The translations under genes were made by a program, and so were the position numbers. Positions 23,865 to 30,882 of a stretch of DNA of 30,882 bases are shown in pieces. The notes beneath the pieces were generated by a model, which saw only the letters and a program-made list of their open reading frames with translations, ran no database searches and was not told where the DNA came from. Each line of letters begins with the position of its first letter. Positions within the stretch are counted from its first letter, which is position 1. Source of the DNA: Bdellovibrionales bacterium (GTDB lineage Bacteria > Bdellovibrionota > Bdellovibrionia > Bdellovibrionales > UBA1609); assembly GCA_050246815.1 (NCBI GenBank), contig JBFWVI010000015.1, forward strand, positions 1-30,882, given 5' to 3'.

Positions 23865-24726
23865 TCGCCTTTCGCGGCCTGTCTTGCGGTGTGGGAAACT
23901 TGGCACGAAGCACGCAGTGATCGTCGCCATAGGCCAGACTTTTCACCAGATTTCCCGAAACTGGAGGCAGGCCGGATAAGTACGGGAACCAGCACATCAT
24001 GTACTTGCGATAAAGCGCCAGCATAGCGCAGTCGGTGTTTTCATCTTGAATCTTTTTCTGCAATACTTCGCCAGGGTGTATGGTCATCTCGAAACCTTCA
24101 TCATCCAGGTGCACGTCGTAAATGAAATTGCGGTCAAAGTTGTGAAAGTTGCTATTCAGGACCTGATAACTTTCCGCATAGTTTCGCGCCTGCGCGAATT
24201 GTGAACCGAGCTCAGTGCCCGAGACCCCCAAAAACATATAGCAGCCCAGTTGGCTGATTTCTTGCGGCGCCAGCCCCAAGGATTTCACCTTTTCGAGCAA
24301 TTGGATAAAAAAGTCGATATTGATCTTGTTGTCCAAAGACGAATAGATGCAAGGATGCACACCCATTTGGCGCAATAAATTGTCAACATTGGCGCGACCA
24401 AAGCGCAAGGACAAGTAGCGCACAATGTGCGCGGTCGTTCGCACCTTGCTGAAGGCATTGACGAAGTAGCGCTCTTCGATTCGGGTGGGGCCCTCGATAA
24501 AGCGGGTACGCAACTCCTCCACTGGGATTTGCTGGGTGAGAAGTTGCTCAGGCGTGACATCTAAAAAGGCCGAAAGATTGCCAATGTGGCGGTCGGAAAG
24601 CCAGATTTCGCCATGCTTGTTCCACCACTGCATAACAAAGCGGGTGGACTCGCCGATGGCCATACCCAGCGTGCGAAAATCAATTCCGCTTTGAACGACG
24701 AAAACGCGCAGTTGCTCTTCAATCAT
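23836..24726 (-). CDS. Putative one-component regulator: N-terminal XRE-like HTH plus HNOX/V4R-like (AraC-N-like) ligand-binding domain
   Basis: GIDFRTLGMAIGESTRFVMQWW (HTH-like); SKVRTTAHIVRYL..RFG...VDNLLRQMGV......DNKINIDFF (HNOX/AraC-N-like); C-terminal KSLAYGDDHCVLRAKF (V4R-like GD..C). ATG 24726 overlaps the upstream stop; TTG 24741 is an alternative. Confidence 0.6.
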   Translation of the reverse strand: MIEEQLRVFVVQSGIDFRTLGMAIGESTRFVMQWWNKHGEIWLSDRHIGNLSAFLDVTPEQLLTQQIPVEELRTRFIEGPTRIEERYFVNAFSKVRTTAHIVRYLSLRFGRANVDNLLRQMGVHPCIYSSLDNKINIDFFIQLLEKVKSLGLAPQEISQLGCYMFLGVSGTELGSQFAQARNYAESYQVLNSNFHNFDRNFIYDVHLDDEGFEMTIHPGEVLQKKIQDENTDCAMLALYRKYMMCWFPYLSGLPPVSGNLVKSLAYGDDHCVLRAKFPTPQDRPRKATKPPLVLGG

Positions 24727-25030
24727 CAGCGATATTCTCAAACGCCTTTATGACGTGTAAAAGTCTTGAGACACAGGCTACCCTCACGACCTCATTGACC
24801 TCAGTATCGCTTAAATCGTACCCCTGCATAAGGGCTTTCATCAAGTCGGTATCGACGTCTTCAAAGGATTCGTTGGCTTCGAGGCCGCCAAGCAGGGCCT
24901 CTGGCAGTCCACACCTGGAGGCCACGTCTGATAAGGATTTCCGGCGATCATACCGACGTTCTTTCAGCAGCACAGAAAGGCATGCCTTCAGCTCTTTCTG
25001 ATCTACCGCCAATGTCATCCACTGTTCCAT
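24719..25030 (-). CDS. XRE-family HTH protein (divergent)
   Basis: LKERRYDRRKSLSDVASRCGLPEALLGGLEA; translationally coupled to the downstream HTH-V4R gene. Confidence 0.7.
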   Translation of the reverse strand: MEQWMTLAVDQKELKACLSVLLKERRYDRRKSLSDVASRCGLPEALLGGLEANESFEDVDTDLMKALMQGYDLSDTEVNEVVRVACVSRLLHVIKAFENIADD

Positions 25031-25218
25031 AGGGCATTACATTTCAGATCTGGCCCGCCTTGTCAAACGACGGTTTGCTTAACAATGAGACTTTATGGAG
25101 GGGCATTCATACGAAAGTTTCATTTGGGAACACATAAATAAGATTGAGTTAGAGGCCTTATGTGAAGGGTTTTCTTGTGCGATAAAGTAGGTGTGATGCA
25201 AGTTCGGTTTATAACCAA

Positions 25219-25233
25219 AGATTGCCACAATCG
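25219..25233. promoter_or_regulatory. Palindromic operator candidate overlapping a TTGCCA -35 box
   Basis: AGATTG-CCA-CAATCG has the same half-sites and spacing as 21213-21227; TTGCCA-N17-(TGG)TAGCGA could drive the 25284 gene. Confidence 0.45.
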
Positions 25234-25283
25234 CGAAGGAATGGTAGCGATAAAGTATACGGGTAATCTTGATAGGAGTGAAA

Positions 25284-25580
25284 ATGCGTAACGTTAAAGT
25301 TCACGGTGCTAAAAAGCAGGGCGACTATGATGCTTTTGCGCGAATCGGTGACTTCTTCCGTGAAAAGCGTATCGATGCTGGGCTGACCCAGGCCGATGTG
25401 GCCAATGCATTGGGCCTTTCCACCGGCCAATTTATTTCGAACTGGGAACGTGGTGTTTCGGCTCCCCCGATGGACTACTTACCCAAGCTGGTGAAGCTCT
25501 ATAAGATGAACAAATCGCAGTTGGTGGCTTTGTACACGGCCGAACAAGAGCGCTACATCAAGGCCGTTTTATCCCGCTGA
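25284..25580 (+). CDS. XRE/Cro-C1-family HTH transcriptional regulator
   Basis: AGGAG RBS before ATG 25284; IGDFFREKRIDAGLTQADVANALGLSTGQFISNWERGVSAPP. Confidence 0.92.
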   Translation: MRNVKVHGAKKQGDYDAFARIGDFFREKRIDAGLTQADVANALGLSTGQFISNWERGVSAPPMDYLPKLVKLYKMNKSQLVALYTAEQERYIKAVLSR

Positions 25581-25608
25581 TCATTTGATCAACTGTGAAA
25601 ATCTGACG

Positions 25609-25632
25609 AGGTGGCTGGGTCCCCAGTCGCCT
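25609..25632 (+). terminator. Hairpin after the XRE gene, possible terminator
   Basis: AGGTGGCTGG/CCAGTCGCCT stem (with G-U pairs); poor U-tract. Confidence 0.35.
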
Positions 25633-25648
25633 TAAACCACTGAATAGA

Positions 25649-25665
25649 CTGGCATATTAACTGCA
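25649..25665 (+). promoter_or_regulatory. Sigma54 promoter for the 25713 lipoprotein
   Basis: CTGGCATATTAACTGCA = GG-N10-GC. Confidence 0.6.
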
Positions 25666-25712
25666 ACCAGTTTTGCGCTTAGACGTCCAAAGCGCGGAAG
25701 GTTTGTAGTTCT

Positions 25713-26669
25713 ATGAGAAAAAGGAAGCTCATTCTTGGTGGTTTATTCTTGGTCCTTACGGCCTGCGATCGTTCCAGCCAAGAACCTGGTATCAGCCGTA
25801 CCAATGCACAAAAAGAAGCTTCAAAACTGAGCATCAAATGTCAGGGCAATAATTGTGTTCCTGAAGCCGGCCTTGTTTTGGGTAAAATTGGTTCGAATGT
25901 TTGGACCTGCACCGGATACGTCAGTGACCAACGGGGCAAAAGCGTCTTGCTGGTTGATCAAACCTGCGTGCAGCCGATCTTAAGTAGTGGGGGAGGCTGC
26001 AAAAACAAGTTGGCGTTGCGCTTACCAAGTGCGGCCGGCACCTTTGCTTGTGAATCCTTGCGGCCTGCGGGTACGAAACTTTATCAAGCTGTCTTTACCA
26101 AATCTTTACCAACACGTCCGATGCCAATTGCGATGGCCGTCGCCAGCCTTGGCGGTGAAATGGGTAAGATCGAATACCAATTAAAAGGACAAGTGGCCAC
26201 CCAGATCCGTGTGTCGTCAGTGGCAGATAAGTTGGCTTTGGCCGGGCCGCAAGATCCCTACGGTGCAATGGCCAATTTGGAACGCCAGATTCAAACTTTT
26301 ATGGATCGACCCGATGACCTTTTTGAATGGCAGGGCGTGACCACCTCCATCGATGGGCAGATGACCACCACCATGATCCCGTCTTGCCTGAAGAGTGAGG
26401 CTTTGGGTGAATTTAAAGAGTGGACTTGGCGGGGCCGCCAGCCCATGAAGTCAGTCCTTCATCAGGCCACGGTGCCGGCCTGGCAGCTGTCGATTCAAAC
26501 TGAGGCCGATGGTCTAAAGCTCTATCAGTTGAGCAACACGAAACAATTGTCGATCTGGGTTTTGCTTTTACCACAGCCATTAATTGAAAATGGCGTAAGC
26601 CCCATGACAATCTATCAAAGGAACGCCGAGGCTCCTTGGTTTAAGGGCACTTTGAAGGTCTGCCCTTAA
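25713..26669 (+). CDS. Cys-rich lipoprotein with a degenerate trypsin-like N-terminal region
   Basis: MRKRK...LTAC lipobox; CTGYV...LLVDQTCV resembles the trypsin CxG...TxxHC segment without the His. Confidence 0.7.
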   Translation: MRKRKLILGGLFLVLTACDRSSQEPGISRTNAQKEASKLSIKCQGNNCVPEAGLVLGKIGSNVWTCTGYVSDQRGKSVLLVDQTCVQPILSSGGGCKNKLALRLPSAAGTFACESLRPAGTKLYQAVFTKSLPTRPMPIAMAVASLGGEMGKIEYQLKGQVATQIRVSSVADKLALAGPQDPYGAMANLERQIQTFMDRPDDLFEWQGVTTSIDGQMTTTMIPSCLKSEALGEFKEWTWRGRQPMKSVLHQATVPAWQLSIQTEADGLKLYQLSNTKQLSIWVLLLPQPLIENGVSPMTIYQRNAEAPWFKGTLKVCP

Positions 26670-27637
26670 AGCGACCACGCGATTCGTTCAAGTGCTTCGG
26701 TTTCTTCGGCCCAGTACGTGTAGTTTTGGTAGTCGGGGAAAATCAGCGGAAAGGTCGGGTCATTCCAGCGTCGTGCGATCCAGGCGGCATAGTGGATGAT
26801 ACGAAGCCCTCGAAGCGGCATAAAAAGCTTTTCTTGTTGGCTTGGGAAGTGACGGAGCTCTTCGTAGCCGCCCAAAAGGGCGTCGCGTTCTTCGGCCAGA
26901 GACTCTTTGTCCCCCGAAAACAGCATCCAAAAATCTTGCGCCACTGGGCCGTTGCAGAAGTCGTCGAAATCCACCAGAAAAAACCCTTGCTCACCCTCGC
27001 GGTTGTCTTGCTGCAAAAGGTTGCCGCGATGGCAGTCGCCATGGATGCGCAGGACTTTTTCTTGCGGCAAGACGTCCTCAAGGTACTGCAAAATCTGAAT
27101 GGCGGCTTGTTCATAGCGGTCCCACATCTCAGGCGCCACGAAGTCGGCCAGAATTTCAAGGGCAGGCCAGCCGAAATTTTCCACATCTAGGCGTGGGCGG
27201 TGGCGGGCGGGTTTTTGTTCGCCCACGTTGTGCAAGCGGGCTAATAGTCGGCCGATCTTTTTTAAATCGTCCAGTGAAAGCTCTTGTGGCATGCGGCCCA
27301 AGAATTTGGGGAAGGCCGCCATGTGCAAGCCCATAAAAACCGAAAGGGTTTCACGATTTTTTTGCGGCAAAGGGGCGATGGCGGGGATGCCGCTTAAGTT
27401 CAGTTCTTCCAAAAAGAAATGCTCTTCCAAGATGGCGGCCCGCGACCAGCGTTGCGGGCGGTAGAATTTCACGATGATCCGTTCGCGTTCGGACCCCTTT
27501 TCAAGGCGCACATCAAAAACACGGTTTTCATAGGAGTTCAATTGCAGGTACTCACCCGTCGGGTGAAAGCCTGCGGCTTCCACGCCGGCCATCACCAGAT
27601 CAGGCGTTAAATTGTAGAACTCTTGCAGATCGGACAT
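26666..27637 (-). CDS. srkA: Stress response Ser/Thr kinase SrkA (YihE/RdoA)
   Basis: LNSYENRVF, KFYRPQRWS..AILEEH, RIHGDCHRGN, VDFDD..NGPVAQDFWM, LRGLRIIHYAAWIARRWNDPTFP. Confidence 0.95.
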   Translation of the reverse strand: MSDLQEFYNLTPDLVMAGVEAAGFHPTGEYLQLNSYENRVFDVRLEKGSERERIIVKFYRPQRWSRAAILEEHFFLEELNLSGIPAIAPLPQKNRETLSVFMGLHMAAFPKFLGRMPQELSLDDLKKIGRLLARLHNVGEQKPARHRPRLDVENFGWPALEILADFVAPEMWDRYEQAAIQILQYLEDVLPQEKVLRIHGDCHRGNLLQQDNREGEQGFFLVDFDDFCNGPVAQDFWMLFSGDKESLAEERDALLGGYEELRHFPSQQEKLFMPLRGLRIIHYAAWIARRWNDPTFPLIFPDYQNYTYWAEETEALERIAWSL

Positions 27638-27656
27638 TCCCCACCTTAGGGGCTTT

Positions 27657-29504
27657 TCAAAATGGTAAGCACCCCGCGAATGGACGATAGCCTAATTGTG
27701 GATCCACGCCATTGTCACGGGTCAAAGCAATGCGCCAGCCGCGGCGGATGGCTTCACGGCCCAGTGGAGTGTCCAAGCGTTTCAAAGCCCAGGGGGCTTG
27801 GTAGGCTTCATCGATCATGCCGGCGATCGCGCCCTCTTCTATGATGTCAAAGCGGTTCCAATCCGTGCAAAGCACGCCATCAAAGGTTTTCAGCGCCAAG
27901 TTGTACGAGCTTTCTTGGTTGGCCAGGTTGTACAGGCGGCTCCAAAGCGATGTTTGATCTTCGGGTTTACCTTGGTTGTTGCGGACTTTGTTGATGGCTT
28001 TCATTTCTTCGCGGGTCGAGATCTGCTCCCAAGGAACTTCGGCAAAGCCGAACAATCGTTTGGCCACGCCTTGGCCAAACAAAGATTCGCCACCGCGGCG
28101 GGTGACATAAACCACCTGTTCGCAGCCTTGTGCTTTCAAGACCAGAGCAGGATGCAAATCCGACCAACCACCGGCCGAGAAAAGGGGTTCTGTGCCCTTT
28201 TTGAATTCAAGCATGGGCGCAAGTCCCGGTTCCGCGGGCGAAAGGGCCATCACTTGCGCCCAGCTGCTCTCACCCAAAGCGAAGAAGCGCTGGCTTTTGG
28301 CGTCGTTTGGATAATTGTTTTTTAAAGTCTGTTCGATTTTGACCAGATCTTGGTTTTGGCCCCAATAACCAAAGCGGATATCGTTGGAATCAACAGCGAA
28401 GTTTTTGCCGAACTCAGGATTCATGTCTTGATGATAGCGGCCTTGCGCGGCCTTGACCGCTTGATAAGCCGAACCACGAAGCACGGCGGTGGTGGGAAAG
28501 GTGGCGATGTAGCGCCCGACAGGCTCTAAGTGACGATCCGGCGAAGTGGTGGGCAGGTCGGCTTGCTTATAACCCACCACAAGGGCCTTGAATTTTTGAT
28601 CGCAAGCGGGCTCGGCCGTGCGCAGTTGATTCCAAGTTTTCTTTTTCGCCAAGGGTGCGCAAAGCTGCACAAAGCTTTGCAGGTCCGCGCGAAGCGTGGG
28701 GGTTAAGTCACGGCCGGCGTAAAAGTTGCCAACCAAACCGAAGCTTGTGGCCAGTTGGTTAAAAGACACTAGCCCTGAGCGAAAGAAAAGGTTGTGATCA
28801 CTTTCTGCATCAAATTTACCCAGCAGCACCACCGAGCGATAGATTTCTGACGAATAAAAATTCACACGTGCGGCGGCACCGGCTTTTTGTTCGGGAGTGG
28901 TGGCCTCTTTCAAGTCGTTCAAGGCCACAAACAAAGGCGCGAAAGTCTGCGGATTGATCAAACCCATTTCAATGGCGATTTGCAGACTAGCTTGAATTTT
29001 ATCCATATTGGTCATGACCAAATCGATCAACTTGTCGGGTTGGCTTTCAACCATCATCTTCAGCCACTCTTTGAACTCCATACCTTGACCACCGCCTTGT
29101 TGTTGCAAGAACGCGGCAAGAGCCATCATCTCGCGCCACTCGGGGCGTGAGGCGATCACTTCCAAATAACTTTGCAAGGATTTCAACAGCAGGCTGGCGC
29201 GTTCACGCTGCTGGTTTAAGGTGGCCCCTTTCACCATGGGGTTTTCTGCGATGCTCTCAAGCAAAAATAAACTGATCGAGGCTGAGCTGCCGCCGGCCAT
29301 ACCAGCGGGTAACCCCAAGCGCTCCACCACTTGGGCCAAGCCGCCCCAATGGGCCGGAGCCAATTCGCCATTGCCTCGCAAAGCCAAGCAATACGGGCGC
29401 GGTGGGGGGGGCACGGGGCTAACAGTGGGCTCATCGGCTATCGCCAAGGCAGAGGTGAATAAGCACATCAGGATCAAGGTGCAAATGCCACGGGTCCAAA
29501 GCAT
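27657..29504 (-). CDS. Secreted patatin-like (phospholipase-fold) protein with atypical motifs
   Basis: GGAGG RBS before ATG 29504; signal peptide; LALRGNG (oxyanion-like), MAGGSSAS (nucleophile-like), SAGGWSD at the DGG position. Confidence 0.6.
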   Translation of the reverse strand: MLWTRGICTLILMCLFTSALAIADEPTVSPVPPPPRPYCLALRGNGELAPAHWGGLAQVVERLGLPAGMAGGSSASISLFLLESIAENPMVKGATLNQQRERASLLLKSLQSYLEVIASRPEWREMMALAAFLQQQGGGQGMEFKEWLKMMVESQPDKLIDLVMTNMDKIQASLQIAIEMGLINPQTFAPLFVALNDLKEATTPEQKAGAAARVNFYSSEIYRSVVLLGKFDAESDHNLFFRSGLVSFNQLATSFGLVGNFYAGRDLTPTLRADLQSFVQLCAPLAKKKTWNQLRTAEPACDQKFKALVVGYKQADLPTTSPDRHLEPVGRYIATFPTTAVLRGSAYQAVKAAQGRYHQDMNPEFGKNFAVDSNDIRFGYWGQNQDLVKIEQTLKNNYPNDAKSQRFFALGESSWAQVMALSPAEPGLAPMLEFKKGTEPLFSAGGWSDLHPALVLKAQGCEQVVYVTRRGGESLFGQGVAKRLFGFAEVPWEQISTREEMKAINKVRNNQGKPEDQTSLWSRLYNLANQESSYNLALKTFDGVLCTDWNRFDIIEEGAIAGMIDEAYQAPWALKRLDTPLGREAIRRGWRIALTRDNGVDPQLGYRPFAGCLPF

Positions 29505-29606
29505 AGAAGCCTCCATCAAAGGCCCTGCTGTAGCAGAGTTCGCAGCAACCAGCCATCGCGTGCCGCACCAGAGAAAAGTTTGTCTACCTGCCATGAAAGA
29601 GCGACA

Positions 29607-30386
29607 ATGACCCCGATGGCATTTTGGCGTAAACCCCTGACCCGTCGCGAAGAAACCCTGGATTTTCGCAACCAAACGGTGCGGGTGCTTCGCCGCGCGT
29701 TTCAGCGCAGTCTTCGCATGCAGGTCAAACCCGACGGCAGCTTGCTTTTAACCGCAGGTATGACTTTGCCCAACCAGCAACTTTTGCGTTTTTTGCAGGA
29801 TTCGTGGTCTTGGGTAGAAAAAAATCAAAACAAAATGCTCAAACTCAAAGAGCGCCATCCCAAACCCACCTATCAAGACGGCGAGCAGTTGCTTTTCCTG
29901 GGATCGCCCCGTGTCTTACAATATCGCTCGAGCCATAACCACGTCGCACGTTTGCGTTTAGAAAACCAAACCTTATTTGCTGAAGTGCCCCTTCATGTTT
30001 GGTCCAAATTTCAACCGCAGGCGCCGCACCCGGAATGGCGTCAGCCGGTTCGTCGTTTTTTTGAAAGCGGCGGGCGAAAACTTTTAACAAGTCGGGTCGA
30101 GGTCTTTTCGCGTCTGATGCGGCTTCAGCCGACCGGGCTTTCGTTTCGCTGTCAGCGCACGCGCTGGGGCAGTTGTTCGTCGCGGGGCAAGCTGTCACTC
30201 AACTGGCGCTTGATCGCCGCACCCGTGGCCGTGTTGGATTACGTGGTCATCCATGAATTGGCGCATTTGCGCTTTCCCAACCACTCCGCGAAATTTTGGT
30301 GCTTGGTGCAACAGTACTGCGCCAACTACGAACAGCACAACAAGTGGCTGCGTGATAACCACTTGGCTTTGGATTTTTTGCTTTAG
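29607..30386 (+). CDS. YgjP/DUF45 (M48-like) zinc metallohydrolase
   Basis: QRTRWGSCS, LNWRLI, DYVVIHELAHL..PNHS..FW. Start is ATG 29607 or 29616. Confidence 0.9.
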   Translation: MTPMAFWRKPLTRREETLDFRNQTVRVLRRAFQRSLRMQVKPDGSLLLTAGMTLPNQQLLRFLQDSWSWVEKNQNKMLKLKERHPKPTYQDGEQLLFLGSPRVLQYRSSHNHVARLRLENQTLFAEVPLHVWSKFQPQAPHPEWRQPVRRFFESGGRKLLTSRVEVFSRLMRLQPTGLSFRCQRTRWGSCSSRGKLSLNWRLIAAPVAVLDYVVIHELAHLRFPNHSAKFWCLVQQYCANYEQHNKWLRDNHLALDFLL

Positions 30387-30555
30387 CTTGCTGAGCCGTA
30401 GCTTTAGCCGCTTGTCACTTGAGCCAAAGTTTATTCTTCGACAGCCGCCCAGCAAAAAATGGCAGGGTCAAAAAGTGGCGCTCTAGCCGCCAAATCTAAC
30501 CTATTGAATCATGGTCAAAAGCCCTCCCAGCAAGGCTTGCCTAGGGGGTTAGGAT

Positions 30556-30572
30556 CTGGCATACCCCCTGCT
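30556..30572 (+). promoter_or_regulatory. Sigma54 promoter for the 30608 gene
   Basis: CTGGCATACCCCCTGCT = GG-N10-GC. Confidence 0.6.
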
Positions 30573-30607
30573 CTGTGACAAGGGGCAAGGTTCATTTCGA
30601 GGTGTTT

Positions 30608-30882
30608 ATGAAGGCCCAGGTTCTATTCGTTTTATTGCTTTTGGCGGTGATTTTGATTCCCGTCCGTTTTGCCTATGGTGATTGGTCTGTTTGGGATTCG
30701 ACCAAAGAAAGTTCATATCAGGTCGACGGCAAAATCAAATCGATTTCGTTCAACGAACAAGACCGTGCGATCTTGGTGAAAGTGGAAAGCCTCACTGAGC
30801 CCGGCGAAGTGGAAACCGTAAAAGTGTGCTCGTTCGACCAAAGCAGCGACATCAAGTCAGTCGAGCAAAGCGAAAAAATGGC
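30608..30882 (+). CDS. Hypothetical secreted protein (3' end off window)
   Basis: GAGGTG RBS, ATG 30608; MKAQVLFVLLLLAVILIPVRFAYG signal, then DWSVWDSTKESSYQVDGKIKSISF...; open to the window end. Confidence 0.7.
   Translation, partial: MKAQVLFVLLLLAVILIPVRFAYGDWSVWDSTKESSYQVDGKIKSISFNEQDRAILVKVESLTEPGEVETVKVCSFDQSSDIKSVEQSEKM

Noticed and set aside
24719..25580. Prophage cI/cro immunity switch
   Set aside because: The divergent XRE pair looks similar, but there is no S24 peptidase domain and no phage replication, structural or integrase genes nearby.
27696..28325. 209-aa plus-strand ORF and the many other antisense/alternate-frame ORFs in the track
   Set aside because: Shadow ORFs overlapping better-supported genes, with no RBS or recognisable motifs.

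Overview
Chromosomal window from a Bdellovibrionota (Bdellovibrio-like predator), inferred from the ffs-dnaX-ybaB-recR-mglA block (MglA with Ser21 in the P-loop, no mglB) and the many orphan secreted proteins and lipoproteins. Housekeeping content: a CAU-anticodon tRNA (probably Ile2), msrAB, nadA, a 4'-phosphopantetheinyl transferase, a PilZ protein, a DUF883/YqjE-like pair, SRP RNA, dnaX, ybaB, recR, mglA, srkA and a YgjP/M48-like protein. No CRISPR array, integrase, transposase or rRNA is visible. Three things stand out. (1) A 4.4-kb cassette (21210-25580) encodes an alpha/beta hydrolase, a ThiF adenylyltransferase and a LuxI/N-acyl-amino-acid-synthase-like acyltransferase. The acyltransferase overlaps, tail to tail, an HTH + V4R/HNOX-like putative receptor, followed by two XRE regulators. 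A shared palindrome AGATTG-N3-CAATCT sits at both ends. It looks like a non-LuxR chemical signalling (quorum-sensing-like) system. (2) A ~1060-aa protein has an apparent signal peptide, 11 tandem ~84-aa HTH-like repeats and a sigma-region-4-like tail, making it a candidate exported modular DNA-binding protein. (3) A perfect 40-bp inverted repeat lies between ffs and the dnaX start. All family assignments come from motif recognition by eye; no searches were run.
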